64,000 bases of DNA from Takakia lepidozioides (taxonomy: Eukaryota > Plantae > Bryophyta). Position 1 is the stretch's first letter. Each line of letters starts with the position of its first letter. Shown here piece after piece: positions 1 to 13,052 of the stretch. The notes under the pieces are model-generated. The model made no database searches, was not told where the DNA came from, and saw nothing but the letters and a program-made list of their open reading frames with translations. The stretch is taken from NCBI GenBank assembly GCA_030704615.1, contig CM060732.1:47740001-47804000 (forward strand). Direction: 5' to 3'. Made by a program: the position numbers and the translations under genes.

Positions 1-1236
1 TGGGGCATAGGAGCCAGGTACCACCAGAATCACTTGTTTCCCTTTACAGATCAAACTCCTTTGGTTAGAAAGGTTGCAATAGTTGGAATGTAAGAACGTC
101 TGGTCATCACTTCAGGCCCCTTGCATGATGTCTTATGAGAAACTACTCTACCTTTGGCAATTACTATGATTTGCTTTGATCTATAGCTCTCATGAAGAGA
201 ATAATATTCATATTTCTTTATTGTGTTTGTGTTTTGTCTTCAACTGCAAACCGCTTGAGCAACAATGAGACAAAGGACAAAAACTCCAGAGATTGCCTGA
301 GTGTTGGTGGAACAATAGCAGTTTCTCAACATTCACACTCGTGAAAAAAACGGGGGGTGTGGTGTGATGAAGATGAATCAGATTTGGATCGGCAGTTAAT
401 ATTATTCAATGTCACAGCACATAGTTGGTACTTAGAGTGATTTTGTCACATAGTTTGAAGCTATCTCAAACTTTAAATGTTTTAAGGAAGAAAAGATTGC
501 ACGAAGCACAGGAGGTTAGGCTGGTTTGATTTGAACAGAATACTCTTTTACACTGTTCATATACCTGTTCATAGACAGCCATCGTGGAGGCGGGTTATGG
601 ATGTGATGGCAACCCCGCATTGAGAGATGTGTACTGCGTTCAACCTGGCAGGATTAAGCCTCGAAGACCTCATGCTTCTTACATTTCGAAGAGAAATGCG
701 GCTCTTCCATTGCCCTTCCAAGCTTTGATTGTACCTCAACTGATGTCTGGTGAGTCACTGAGTCGGGAGTGCCAATTTGGTCTCAAATTCTGTGTGGGGG
801 GGGACAAAACATGGTGTGGGAGAATGTTGGTGGGAGCTCATGCCATTCAAAGGAGCATGTAAGTCTGGAACAAACAAGAGAGCAGGCAGTACTTTGGTGG
901 GCATGTCCACATTCATAGACAAGAAAAGAGTTTCCACTGGGCTGAAGTACACGGGCACCTGGCATGTGGCTCTAACAACCCTCCATAAACAAATGGAAAC
1001 TTTTCATAGGAATACAAGAGACTGCAAGCAATGTGTACATCTATAACTCATAGCACAGGCCATGCAGGGTCCAGCTCCCACTTGATCTTCATCACTCCTC
1101 ATGCTGCTGGAGTTGACTGATTACATGTAGGAGGGTCATGAAGAACATAATGTCAACCATCAATTTTAGTATGAAAGGAACATGGGAGGGGAGTCCAGGG
1201 GAGCGCCGGATGCTTGGATACTGAGCTATTCGAAGT

Positions 1237-4200
1237 TCTAAGATTCACGCGGGTTCCCGTCTTCCTCAACCATCATGTCCGTCAGAGACAGCACTAACTC
1301 CCTCATTAACTTGCTGCAATTGCAAATGTGCAGAGGTTGCTGTATGTGAGGACATGATCAACAAATCCAGAAGTCATGGGGTCAGATCAGCTATCATGCC
1401 AAATGGAAGTATAGTTCAATGCTATTGTTTACACAGTAGCAACAAATCAAAACTTCTACTGTAGTAAGTTTGTGCTTCGGCGTGTGTCCTCCTCTTTCTT
1501 CTTTTCTGTGTTTAGGTTTGCACTGTCAATTGTGTTATGAAATTCTTTCCAGTGAGAGACATATAACTGTGAGAAGTAAATGAGCAGAGTGAATTGGGCA
1601 CCCCAACGCACCGAAGTTCACGAAGTTCACTACCAAATGCTTCAGAGAAGTGCTGAAGTTCTTTCTCTATCGCCTGTTTCAGCCAGTTAACCATCAGCTT
1701 CTGCAGATTCTTGTGAGAAAACCTAGCAGATCCTGTTTTGTTGTGCATGTCCATTACAGGTATAAGAGAGGTCAAACATCAAGGGAACATCAAGGGAACA
1801 CCTGTAATCTGGTGTTGCAAACTTCTCTTCGATGCCGTTCCTGAGCCAATTGCAATGCAACATCCTGACACACCACCTACAGAACACTTAGGAAGATCTT
1901 GATTTGTGTGAGAGAGGAGAGAACAGACGCAACAGTCTACCTTCCCAGCAATCTTTTCCTCTTTAACATCTCTACCCCATGCCTTTTGCACAATGATAAT
2001 GTGTACCATCACACGACCTTTGTGGTTCAGAAGTGAGGGTCTTCAGCAGTTCTATTCCAGCCAGTGCCTAAAACATGTGTCATATCCAATACTTCCCTCA
2101 ACTTTGGGACCAATCCAGGATAGACGCCAAGAGGATCATAGTATATATCATGGACTTGCAATCTCATTCTGCAAGTTCAAAGGTAAGTAATAACAGGTGA
2201 AGATGTACCGGCACATTCTGGAAAAATGCCTCTTCTAACTCTTCAAAGTCTTCACCACTACCCTCTTGCAACTGCATCTCCTCATGTTCGTTGTCTCTCT
2301 TATAGAAGATATCCTCAGGCCTACCCAGAATCTAGAATGTCACCAAAATCTATATCACAACAAACATAACTTATATGTTGCTTCACAAAATTAAGACCAG
2401 TGTGCACACTTTTCTTGTACTTGGTCAGCAAGACAACATGTTGCCAGCTTTATTCTTTTGGGATGGAATCTGTATACAGCTAGGTACCTCTTTGACTGGC
2501 TGCCAAGTTAAATCAAATTATCAGACCTGTCAAACATATCGATGGTAATTTCAATTGCCAATGTGTAGATTGGCACTGTAGATGTAACTAGTGTTCCTCT
2601 CTCCTTGATGCACAGGGGAGAGAGATGTATTCATTAGACTTTGCTTTCCATAACTTGATGGCAAAGACCCCAGGCTCGGTGTGAGCCAGACAAGGTACGA
2701 AAAGGAGGGAGCGAAAAGGGAAAGAATGGGCCCACTGCAACTCTGAAAGGCTGGCCTCAATATTGGCACCCTCTTTTGCGGATAAGGTTTTACACTCTAG
2801 CATCCCCTTACATGTGAAATTCACCTCAGAACTCAGATCCAAGGAGGGTCACAGCTCTTTGCAGCAGCTCTGTCCTCCGCCTGAGAGAAAACAGGTGCAT
2901 ATTTTGCAGCTGGAAAGCTGCATACCTTGCTTGAGATTATACTCAGTACACAGCATCCTGGAATAAAATGCTATACCATCCTACCATCATGTCGCGCCCA
3001 CAATTCAGGCAATGGTTTTCCATTTTTCCAAGCTGGACATTTTCCAGCTAGCTATACAGAGCTAGGTACTCCTTTGAACTTCATCTAACGCCCAGTGTCA
3101 CAATGCCCTTTATGTAATCTCCAAATCTCATTTGTTCAGCATGTCAGGCTCTGAAGAAGCTCAAGAGATTTGTATAGCAGGCAGTAATTTCTCTGGGCTC
3201 TTAGTAGGTCCGCCCTTGAGATATTCAAGGACCTCCAATACATTTCTAAAATCTCCTTCCTGATAACACCTCTTGGATGTGAGTCTCCGAGCTGCAATCC
3301 TGAGAGAATGACTACTGGGTAGTATGGAAAAGTTACACAGGACACAGAAAACGAGTAGTTTTCTGTAGCCTTTGTGGCCATCGACCCACGTTACAGAAGG
3401 CCCAAAGGACCATGTGACACAGAACAAAACAAAACAGACCCGTAGAACTACTTTGGCACAGTGACAGAACAGAGTCTATGACTATGTGCATGTGTGTGTG
3501 TGACGAGAGAGAGAGAGGTGACACACCTTTCTAGCCAAGGAAGGGTCATAGACCTGCCAAAACAGAAATCTCAGCGGAAAGCAAATGCAGGTAAGCCTAA
3601 TTGACTTGCTGCTTTCAAAGGTTCTAAGGTCCAAGTCCTTTTCTTTCTGTCATGAATCAAACTTGGAGACTACATCTGACTTGTCACCTTCGACATTTAT
3701 GCGAGATGCAAGTAGTGCGCTTAGGTGAGAGTGACATGATGTAGTATTGCCATCCTAAGCTCGTCTGAATCACTTCAGTAATATTGTCTTGCCACTAATG
3801 CCTTCAAAACTTAACTGCAAGCTCAAGTTCCCATCTGATTTTATCCTTGTCAATGCCACAACATAATTCAAGACTCACACTATCCAACAGTTTTCAGCAT
3901 GCATTTGGGAACAAAAGCTCTTGTGGTGAAGAGGGGTTGCATTGCCAGTTACTTCTTGTATGGAATACTGTGCTACATGATTTTGAGGGGAAATCAGAAG
4001 CACCTTTGGTCCAAGGACTTTCATTTTCTGAGACATGCGACCCTACCAACGAAGCACTGAAACCTGACATACACACAAAACTAGTCAGTGCTAACCAACA
4101 AGTAGGTGCAGATGTGGAACACAGTACTATCGATTTTGAACAAGCCTGGTGGTGGCCGAAGAGAATTTAAGCACCTTGTACAAGGATGGCCGTAGGTCGC

Positions 4201-4629
4201 TGTTCTCCTGCCTGTAGCCTAGGGAATGCTATACACTCAACCTCTCGCACATATGCCAGTTAAACAAGCAAATTTAAACATGCAGGGACTGATCAGATAG
4301 CGAGTTCAAAGTAATGATGTTCCAAGCAGGTCCTCCTTCTAAATGCAACTCATGGATACTGAGGTGGTGCTTCCAAGAATCTGAGGGAAATGTATGGAAA
4401 GTCCTATGATCAAACCGAAAGTGGCATAACGACAAGCTCACCATTCACTGTGCTGGTGTGTTATCGGGAGACAAGAACAGGCCGCAGCGGATTTTCTCAC
4501 GCACGGAAAGGCTAGAGGGAAGAGGCAGGCCCCATTACTTCGAAAACAATCCTGGGTGAGTGGATAGATGACAGAGGAGGAGAGTACAGGCACGGAAAAC
4601 GTGAGTGGCATGGCTTGCAAGACGGCCAT
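1237..4629 (-). other. Unidentified multi-exon gene or pseudogene (exon-like blocks with GT/AG borders)
   Basis: ATG at 4629 opens an S-rich N-terminus (MAVLQAMPLTFSVPVLSSS...). Exon-like blocks include EDIFYKRDNEHEEMQLQEGSGEDFEELEEAFF (~2210-2320), KLMVNWLKQAIEKELQHFSEAFGSELRELR (~1612-1715) and a terminal KLMRELVLSLTDMMVEEDGNPRES* (~1237-1313). No family recognised, and I could not assemble a clean frame. Confidence 0.3.
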
Positions 4630-5414
4630 GGCAGTTTTGGGCGCTGCAGCTGTCTACCGGTCCTCCAGGTCCTTCAACCTCCGCTGACCTGAGCGAAGGG
4701 CTCTGCTCCCTGCAATCCTGAAAGGCATTGCTTCGTGGAAATTCACAGTGACACTTGAGGATTCACACATGTCTACTCGTTGCTTGGAAATCCTACAGCC
4801 CGTTTTCCTGCAGTCTATTCTTCTCGTGCCCATCGGTGAATACGGATACCTATGCAGTACGTTATATGTCTACGAGGGCTCTCTCACGGGTGACGTCATC
4901 CTTGCCAGGTCATCGTCACCACGTCATCGTACCACGTTTCGCAGCCACGTCATCGTCTTCAATTGTTTTGGGACATGCCCGGACTGCCCGGAATGTTTTA
5001 TTGGTCATAGCAGGCCGTTGGGATGGGACCTGCCCGGACTGCCCGAAATGTTTTCTTGGTCTTAGCAGGCCGTGTTTCAATGGTGGGGAGGCTTGCAAGA
5101 TCTATTTGCGATTGAATGCAGCGGAAAGCCTTGATGATCGCAGGGATTTGTCCATCCTGCAAATGTGGGCTCTTGGCTTCTGTTAGTATCATGATTTGGT
5201 ATTCTTCCTGATGTTTACAAGGTTCTTGGGAGAATCAGCTGGGTCTTAGCAGACCGTGTTTCAATCTCTGTCTGCTCAGCTGCACCGTGGTGGTTCTCAC
5301 TGACCAATCCGACATTACCTGATTACATACACAAGCAGCACACACAAGAGGTCCTTTTGGGTTGATGGTCAGTTAAATCCTCCATGGGTCATGACACAAG
5401 GTCAATGACAATGT

Positions 5415-7200
5415 GGTGAGGGCACCTTCTTCTTCAACCTATTTCTGCCTGTTTTTCCCTCTCATCAGACTCGGCCCTGATGCATATTGAATTCTGTAAG
5501 TTAGCTGGTTGGGTGGATCTGTGGTAGTTTGGAGTGACTTTGACAAGTTACTGCCGAATCTGTAGCAGCAGGAAAGTATCCAAAAACAGATAACAGAGAT
5601 GAGGAGAAGCTTTGGAATGAACACTTTTCCGACCCCAGTCAATGGTGGGACAATGGAGACAAAAAGGTGAATGCATGTTGGACTACAGAGAGAAGCAGAT
5701 GCAATTCAGAATTGGAACTACTGCAATAAGTAGGGTTGGGGTGTTTGCTAGAAGAACTTCACGCCGTCAGTGTCAGCTGCTAGCAGCAAGGCTGAGATTC
5801 ATGATTTGTACACAAGCTGGGATAGCTGAAGGACCAGGGATAGAGGTCCAGATTCATCCAAGAGGGCCGGATTTCAAACACAAGATTACTTCTGATTCCC
5901 TGTGGATCAATTGGAAATGGCAGCGGCAGCAGCACAATTGATAGAACAAGGCACTGCTAATGAAGGCACCTTCTTCAACACATTTCAGCCTTTTTTCCCC
6001 TGTTATCAGAGTCGTCCCTAAATTTCCATGTTGAATTTTGCAAGTTAGCTCGTTGGTGGATCTATGGTGGTTTTGGAGTGATTTTGACATGTTACTGCCT
6101 ATGTGGCAGCAGGAAAGTATCAAAAAACAGATAACAGAGACGAGGAGAAGCTCTGCAGTGAATACGTTTCCGATCCCAGTCAATGGTGGAACAATAGGCA
6201 AAAAGGTGAATGCCTGTTGGAAGCAGACGCAAGTCAGCATAGGAACTAGTGTGATAAGTAGGGTTGGGGTGTTTGCTGGAACAATTCTAGGCTGTCATTA
6301 TCAGCTGCTAGCAACAAGGCAAAGATGTATGCATGATTTGTGCAGAGGCAGGGATAGCTGAAGGAGCAGGGATAGAATGTGGGTCCAGATTCATCCAAGA
6401 GGGCCGGACTTCAAGCTCCAGATTACCTATGATTCCCTGTGGATCAATAGCTACAAGAAACCTGCATGTGTAGATGTTCAACTAAAGGCAGCAGCTGCAG
6501 CGGACACACTTGATAAAATCAGGCACCTCAACCATGACCACAGCTTCTGAAAGAGGATCAAGAGAGGAAGTCCACAATGCCTCTTCTGGCATTTCTGGGC
6601 ATGTGACGATGCTTTGTATGGCAGGCAGACTGACAGAGGCTCTACAGACTTTAAACCCAAGGAGGCATTTCAGCAGATTCAGATTCGTATGTCTGTCTCT
6701 TGCTTAAATGCATCAAGATGGAAGTCTGGAAGCTAGAAAGCAGGTGCACACTCATATTATCCTAAGTTGCTCAATTTGTATGGTGTTCAACTGCTGCGGG
6801 CATCAACTTAGTAGTTTTGTAGCGACTGTTCCCACTGATAGTCAAGTGCCCGAGGAACTGGAATCTGCATTCCAGTGAAAATATTAACACATCTAATGTG
6901 CCGCATTTTTCAAATATGAAGATTTCCAGAGGTCCCATGGAGTTAAGGCTTCGAAGGCACCTTCTTCAACACATTTCACCCCGTTTTTCCCTCTAATCAG
7001 AATCGGCCCTAAATTTCCATGTTGAATTCTGCGAGTTAGCCGGTTGAGTGAATCTAGTTTGCAGTGACTTTGACATGATACTGCCAATGTGGCAACAGGA
7101 AACTATCCAAAAACAGGTAACAGAGATGATGAAAAGCTGTGGAATGAATACTTCTCTGACCCCAGTCAATGGTGGGACAACCAAGGCAAAAGGTGAATGC
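5415..7200 (+). repeat. Three diverged copies (~5415-5910, ~5965-6450, ~6955-7200) of a unit encoding an OSB-type PDF motif split by an intron
   Basis: Copy 1 reads DEEKLWNEHFSDPSQWWDNGDKK, then a gt...ag intron (5667-5851), then IHPRGPDFKHKITSDSLWIN. This matches the PDF motif of organellar ssDNA-binding (OSB) proteins (W..FF.NP..WWDNR..K.NP..PDFKHK....LW). Copy 2 has both halves; copy 3 has only the first. Confidence 0.75.
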
Positions 7201-7975
7201 CTGTCAGATTACCAGATGTCACTCTAAACACTGCCCTGGTGGAAATGTATGTCAAATGTGTGTGCATCGAGGATCCAAAGGGCTGAACGAGATGTGGTGT
7301 CGTGGAGTGCGATGATTGCAGGCTATGCACAGCAAGGGTGCAGGATGGAGGCTTTGGAGACCTATGAGCAAATGATGTGCGAAGGGGTGAAGCGCAACCA
7401 CATAACGTTTGTTTTTGTTTGCAATGCGTGTGCAAGCCTGGGAGCCCTGGAAAAGGGCAAAGGGTTGCATGGTTCGCCAAAGCTGGAATTGTACCAGATG
7501 CGATTCTGAACACTGCCCTCATGGACATGTATGCCAAATGTGGGTGCATTGAGGATGCGGAGTGAGTTTTCAACACTATGGCTGCACGAGATGTGGTGTC
7601 ATGGAGCGCCATGCTTGCAGGGTATGCACAGCAGGGGCGCGGGATGGAGGCTTTGGAGACCTATGAGCAAATGATGGGGGAAGGGGTGAAGCCCTACCAC
7701 ATCACGTTTGTGTGCGTTTAATGCGGTGCGTGTGCAAGCCTGGCAGCCCTGGAAAATGGCAAAGAGGTGCATGGTTGCATCGCCAAAGCTGGAATTGTAC
7801 CAGATGTGATTCTGAACAATACCATCGTGGACATGTATGCCATATGTGGGAGCATTGAGGATGCGGAGGGAGTGTTCAACAATATGGCTGAACGAGATTT
7901 GGTGTCATGGAACGCCATGCTTGCAGGATATGCACAGCAGGGGCGCGGGATGGAGGCCTTGGAGACCTATGAGCA
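6600..7975 (+). pseudogene. PLS-class pentatricopeptide repeat pseudogene
   Basis: Tandem ~300 bp P-L-S triplets (RDVVSWSAMIAGYAQQG..MEALETYEQM / PNHITF-like..ACASLGALEKGK.VHG / PDVILNTALMDMYAKCGCIEDAE) at 7210-7975, with frameshifts and stops. A degenerate first motif (LCMAGRLTEAL..DSYVCLLLKC) lies at ~6610-6760. Confidence 0.85.
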
Positions 7976-8400
7976 TTGGTGAGCTTCAGGTCCATCACTA
8001 GCAAGCAGAAAACTGCAGTGGAGGACCATGGCATTGCATTCTACTCTGGGGAGGAATTGAAGGAACTGGTATGCAAGCCCTGCCTCCAAGTGTTTGGTGC
8101 ATTGGAATAAATGCATTTTTCATCTTACTCTGTGCTGATTCATAATATCTAGACTTCATAAGGAGAGGCTTCAGGCATCAAGTCTTTGACCTGTAGTAAT
8201 CCTCCAATTGGGTCAGATGTTAGTGCTGCTTTTGATTGGAGATGATGTTTTGGGTTGTGCTTCCCTTTTGATGTTCAGGGTGCCAAGAATCCAGTGGATT
8301 TGTCTCCACCAGAGGAGGATGATCTCTCAACAATCATGTACACCAGTGGCACCCCAAGGGAGTGATATTGACCTATATTGCTGGGCTTGATCACTTGCTC
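7976..8400 (+). pseudogene. Long-chain acyl-CoA synthetase (LACS) exon fragments
   Basis: LVSFRSITSKQKTAVEDHGIAFYSGEELKEL, then a gt...ag intron, then GAKNPVDLSPPEEDDLSTIMYTSGT..KGVIL. This is the AMP-binding motif (TIMYTSGTTGxPKGV) with a small deletion. Confidence 0.7.
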
Positions 8401-9310
8401 AAGTGCTTGAATGACGAGGAAGGATTCCTGGAGTAATAAGTGGACTTTTTTATGAAATCTGCTTTTCTTCGAAATTTGAATTGCATCTGCCAAGGATGCA
8501 ATAATCTAATCACATAAGGAGGCAGCAGGCCCTTTCTCTGTCAGTAGCAGTTGATGCAAATCTGAAATCTGGGTTATTGGATTACATAGGGCAAGAGAAA
8601 AAGAAATGTTCTGTCTCAATTTCTAGCAGTGTGCAAGCTTGATGAAACCCTCTCCTCACTCGTTGAGTAATATGAGTTGCCATTGCAGGCCACATATCTG
8701 TCACACATGTATATAAGCATCCTGCCTTATCAGCCTGTCCCCGATTCATCAGGATAAACCTCAGGAGGTGGAATAGTAGCAGAATTGTGTTGAGAGTGGG
8801 TTGTTGAAGAGAAAAGAGCATAGCCTCTGAAACAGCAGATGGTAAGCCTGTGTCAGCTAATATGTATGTTACAAAGTGCTCACTGGCAGCCGGTGGTTGG
8901 CCCGACTTCCCTTGATAAATACAATTAGTATGGGTTTTCCAGATATCAATGTAGTAAGCCCTGCAAACCAAATGCAATTTTTTATGCAACTTTGTTTTCA
9001 AAAAAAGAAAGCCCTTGAGAGCTGTATTGGGATTATTGAAGGGGAAAAAATGTAATATATGTTTTAATAAAACTTGAACATTCACAATCCAAAATTGCAT
9101 CATGCATCAAAACACAATGCAGTCCATCTTTTCATAAGACTTGAATAGACCCCATCAACAAATTAACAATTCATCCCGTGCCGTGGGGATGACCCATCCC
9201 CTTTTTATACCAATTGGACGTAGTTCTTTGAATCCGTCGCTACCTAGTATTGCGGAGCAACGTGAAGCCCTAGTTAATCTTTAAAAAAACGTGTAAAGTG
9301 TTGCGTTTAG

Positions 9311-9520
9311 GCACATCGGCTGCAGCTAGTAATTGCGAGTTGTGTCGCCCTCGTGGTTCAAACCTGCTGCCCTACCCCCTGTGTGGGATTGTTCGCGACG
9401 GTATGTCTGGGCGTTGATCGTCCTATAGGCCTCATGGCCCATAAATGAAAGGGGGTTATTTTTCCCCCCTCCTCAAGGGCCTGAATTGTGGGATGTTGCT
9501 CCAGGTTTCCTTTAAAAAAT
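9311..9520 (+). mobile_element. tRNA-derived SINE (copy 1, degenerate head)
   Basis: Homologous over ~200 bp to the reverse complement of 35996-36214. Has a GGTTCAAACC B-box-like motif and a T/A-rich end. Confidence 0.65.
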
Positions 9521-10962
9521 AATTTAAGAAAAATGGTGAGAGTCTCTAGAGCCTGCTCGGCCAGCAGGAGGTTGGGTAGGGCGTGAGCATGCACAAGGGC
9601 ATATTCCCCAAATTTCCACGAAATTTTCACAGCGAAACGAACTTGGCGAAACTAAACATTATGCGAAACTAACACATAAAGAACAAATAGCCCCTATACC
9701 CGATGAACATCTTACCCATAGGCGTGGCTTTTTCTCCACGACAGGCGCGAGAGTGTGGTGGGACTTCACCTCAAATTGCAGGTCCTCTCCCATAGCTAAT
9801 TTCTCACATGGAAACCCTATACCAAATAGCATGAGAAGAAATCACATTGAGGGATACTTTCGCACGGCGAAACTCTGTACCAACTAGCCTAAATTGGATG
9901 TGGGATTGTTGGGTGATGGGAGTTCGTATAGAAAGTTTTCATACCAGTAAGGGTTTCTCAATGCGAAATGCACCGCTGCATAGGTTTGTGCCCATATCAC
10001 CAAGTCTTTCTCAAACATCAGTAAGGATTTTTCAATGCGAAACCCCTCGCTGCATAGGTTTGTGCCCATATCACCAAGTTTTTCCCAAACACCAGTAAGG
10101 GAGCTCAACCCAGATCTACTCCATCAGCAAACAGAGCTATGCCCTCCATGATAGTCCTCTCTCCAAAAATCCTTACTGGCATTGCAAACAATCTATCTTT
10201 CGCAAAATCTTGCCTCAGGCAGGCTTCATTTCCAAGCTTGGATCTCAAAGGGTGCTCAGCTTTAGATTCCACGGATCCACCATCAGCAACATGTGTCACA
10301 CCAATCATTTACAGGAAAGGGAATAAGCCTACTGTGCTTATTACTTCTGATGACTGGGAATCAGTTGAGTCATGAGGACCTGTCCTCCCAATGGCAACCC
10401 CGAAATCACCCTTAAAAGCAAAATTCAAGATTTTTTCCAGGCCTTTCAACCGCACTACATGTTGGCTGCATCCACAAAAATCATCTGGGGAGCCTACATG
10501 GAAGATCATCCTGGGCTCAGTTGCAGCCCCTCCCCCCATCTCCTCGCCATTATGGAGGAGGCAGACATTTATCATTTACCCCCCCACCCATGGAGGCGGG
10601 GTGGATCTATGAGGAAGGTCTGGATACACCGGAGGGAGGCCACAGACTCCAGATCAGGAATCAAGACACCTTAATCAATGCATTTCAGATTGTCAATGCT
10701 ATTCGCAAGAGAGACGGTGTGGCGAGGGGATGGGAACCTTAGAAGCCCTGCCGATTTTAGAACGCGCTTGGTGTGCTAGGAAGAATCCCGTACCCGATGA
10801 CGGTGCCAGACTCCTGCGAGGAGGCTGCATGGGGTTTTGAGGACGTCGACTCTCCATTTTTCCCTTCAGCTTGAGATTGTTTTGACCATTGGGTCCCATG
10901 GTGAGGTGGCGGACGCAGGAGTTGTGAACTAAAGGGTGAATAGAGTTGCAGAGTGGTAACGG

Positions 10963-11260
10963 TTGACTGTGATAACCTGAGACGAACTGTGAGAGATGAA
11001 TTGAAGTAGATATATGAAGGGTTTAAGAGCGAGCTCAACTCCGTGGAATCAAACGCAAAAGAGAAGCTAGTGCAAAACTATAGATTGATAAGAGTGCTAC
11101 TAAGGGATGACTGTGAGAAACTGAGACGAACTGTGAGAGGTGAATTGAAATCGATTTATGCAAGAAGGGGTTTAGGAGCGAGAAAGAGCTGAACTACGTG
11201 GAATCGAACGTAAAAGAGAAGCTAGTGCAAATGTCTAGATTGATAAGAGCGCGACAAGGT
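10963..11260. repeat. Two-copy tandem repeat (~145-155 bp), probably part of a decayed TE at ~9600-11400
   Basis: Unit tgactgtga..ctgagacgaactgtgagag..tgaattgaa...aaagagaagctagtgcaaa..tagattgataagag repeated at 10963 and ~11108. Confidence 0.7.
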
Positions 11261-13052
11261 AGAGATCATTGCTTAAGATAGGAGAGCAAGTTGTGAAGAA
11301 CAAAGCGACGAGAACACTATACTGAGCTGTGAGCGTAAACCAGAGATTGAGAGAGAGAAGTGATAGCTCCCCCGCAAGGCCGACCAAGCTGTGCAGGCTC
11401 TTAATTAGCCGTCAACTCGTCATGAGCGACAGATGACGGAGCGCCGCCTGATGAAGACACAGATACAACTAACAGGGATGAACAGTTCATTGCATGGATT
11501 TTGTGAAGGAAGAAATTCATGACGGAAAGTTCTTTCTGGAGAGTACCACCTATTAAACTGAAGCATTGGGGAACCCCCGCTCCGGCAGCCTCGTCGGCGA
11601 GCTGGACCCCCCCATGTCAAATCATCCCCACCCCTATGAATTATCCAAAAATGGCTACCAAAATATAAAGAGTTGAAAACCTAGGTGCATGCGGGGGTGG
11701 AAGAAGGATTTTGCTATTTATGCATCCATGTATCTCATATGAATTGGGTCTAGATTGGCAGGATGGATGTAGTAGATAATCATCCAGTGGATGCATGTGG
11801 CGTCACCACCATGCACCATTTAAGAAAACAAACAGGCCTCATCTTCAACCCTACATGCCCACCTCAATGGAATTAAAAGGGCGGCCCTTCAAAATTAGCT
11901 ATAACTACCACATCTACCTGCAGAAAGACTCACTTCTTGGTGACTCCATCGGGTCACCCCATGTTCTATTGGGTACCTGCAAAGCAAACACCACTCCCTG
12001 CCTTGGGCTTGCAAAAATCAGGCTAAGCACCATACTTAGTCTGGAGCTGGATCATCTGTTCCAACGGAGCGGAACCCAGTGGGGATGGCAGCGTTTGGGC
12101 GTTCTCCTGAGCACGCATGTGGGCTCCATACCCAAGGCCTCGTCTTCAAGTTCAGGTCATACAAGAGGCCTCACATCTTGCAGCAGATTAAGGGGCTGGG
12201 CTGTGGAGCTGAATGCAGTCTGCCCTCGGCAATGCGCCAAGGGCGGAGTCCCTTACAAATGCTGGCCTTGGCAACTCCCACCACCTCAGGGATGTCACAG
12301 AATTTAGGTGATAACACGAAACTCTTTGCAGTTTCGTTTCTTTGGGTCAGTGTGTTGTATGTACTGTGGGTCCAGGCTTAGGAAGAGTTTGAAGGTTGGA
12401 TCATGGTTGGATAGATCCTCTGACTCTCAGGTAAGTTTTCTGCATGATGTAGATCCTCATTTGAAATCTGTTTGGACTTCACACTGGGATGTTCCTATCT
12501 AGTGAATATCTTGTAGTCGACAAGACATTTCACTGTTGTAAAGTGGTTGAAAAGGTAACACTACTCCTTATGCTTTGGAAACTAAGATAATGTAACGCGA
12601 AGTCCTAGGGTAAAGATGAATGGTGTAGCAATGTTGACATATACATATTGGATGCAGTAATTTTATTCCTCGTTATTGCGCAGCCCTCCAGTTCTCTGGA
12701 TTTGATCAAGGCTTGCACTGCTAATGATGATGCTTCATTACTGTGTGCTGGACACTGAGAAATGCCCAGTGGTAGGACTTGCGCAAAGCACCTTATACCA
12801 GTTGCAGAAGCCTCAAACACTTTCCACGCAATGGCTAAGAGAAATTCCTAAACAGTGAGGGAATTAAGTGTCATGCTCTACCACTACTGCTTCTACCACT
12901 CCTACCTCAATATCCTTAAACATAAACCGAAATGAGGCCAAGGTATGACACGAGCTGCAAATTCTGAATGATTCTGCAGTTCGCCCCCATTGTTAAGTAT
13001 CACCTCAACATACCTGCAGCTATGAACAATGGAGCATCCTCTTGAGTGCCCA

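Noticed and set aside
584-1046. Short overlapping ORFs at the window start
   Set aside because: No motifs or consistent splice structure; likely UTR or intergenic.
9600-10900. Stop-interrupted - strand reading frame (…FGKNLVIWAQTYAARGFALKNPY)
   Set aside because: No recognisable domain; probably a decayed TE, so no product can be supported.
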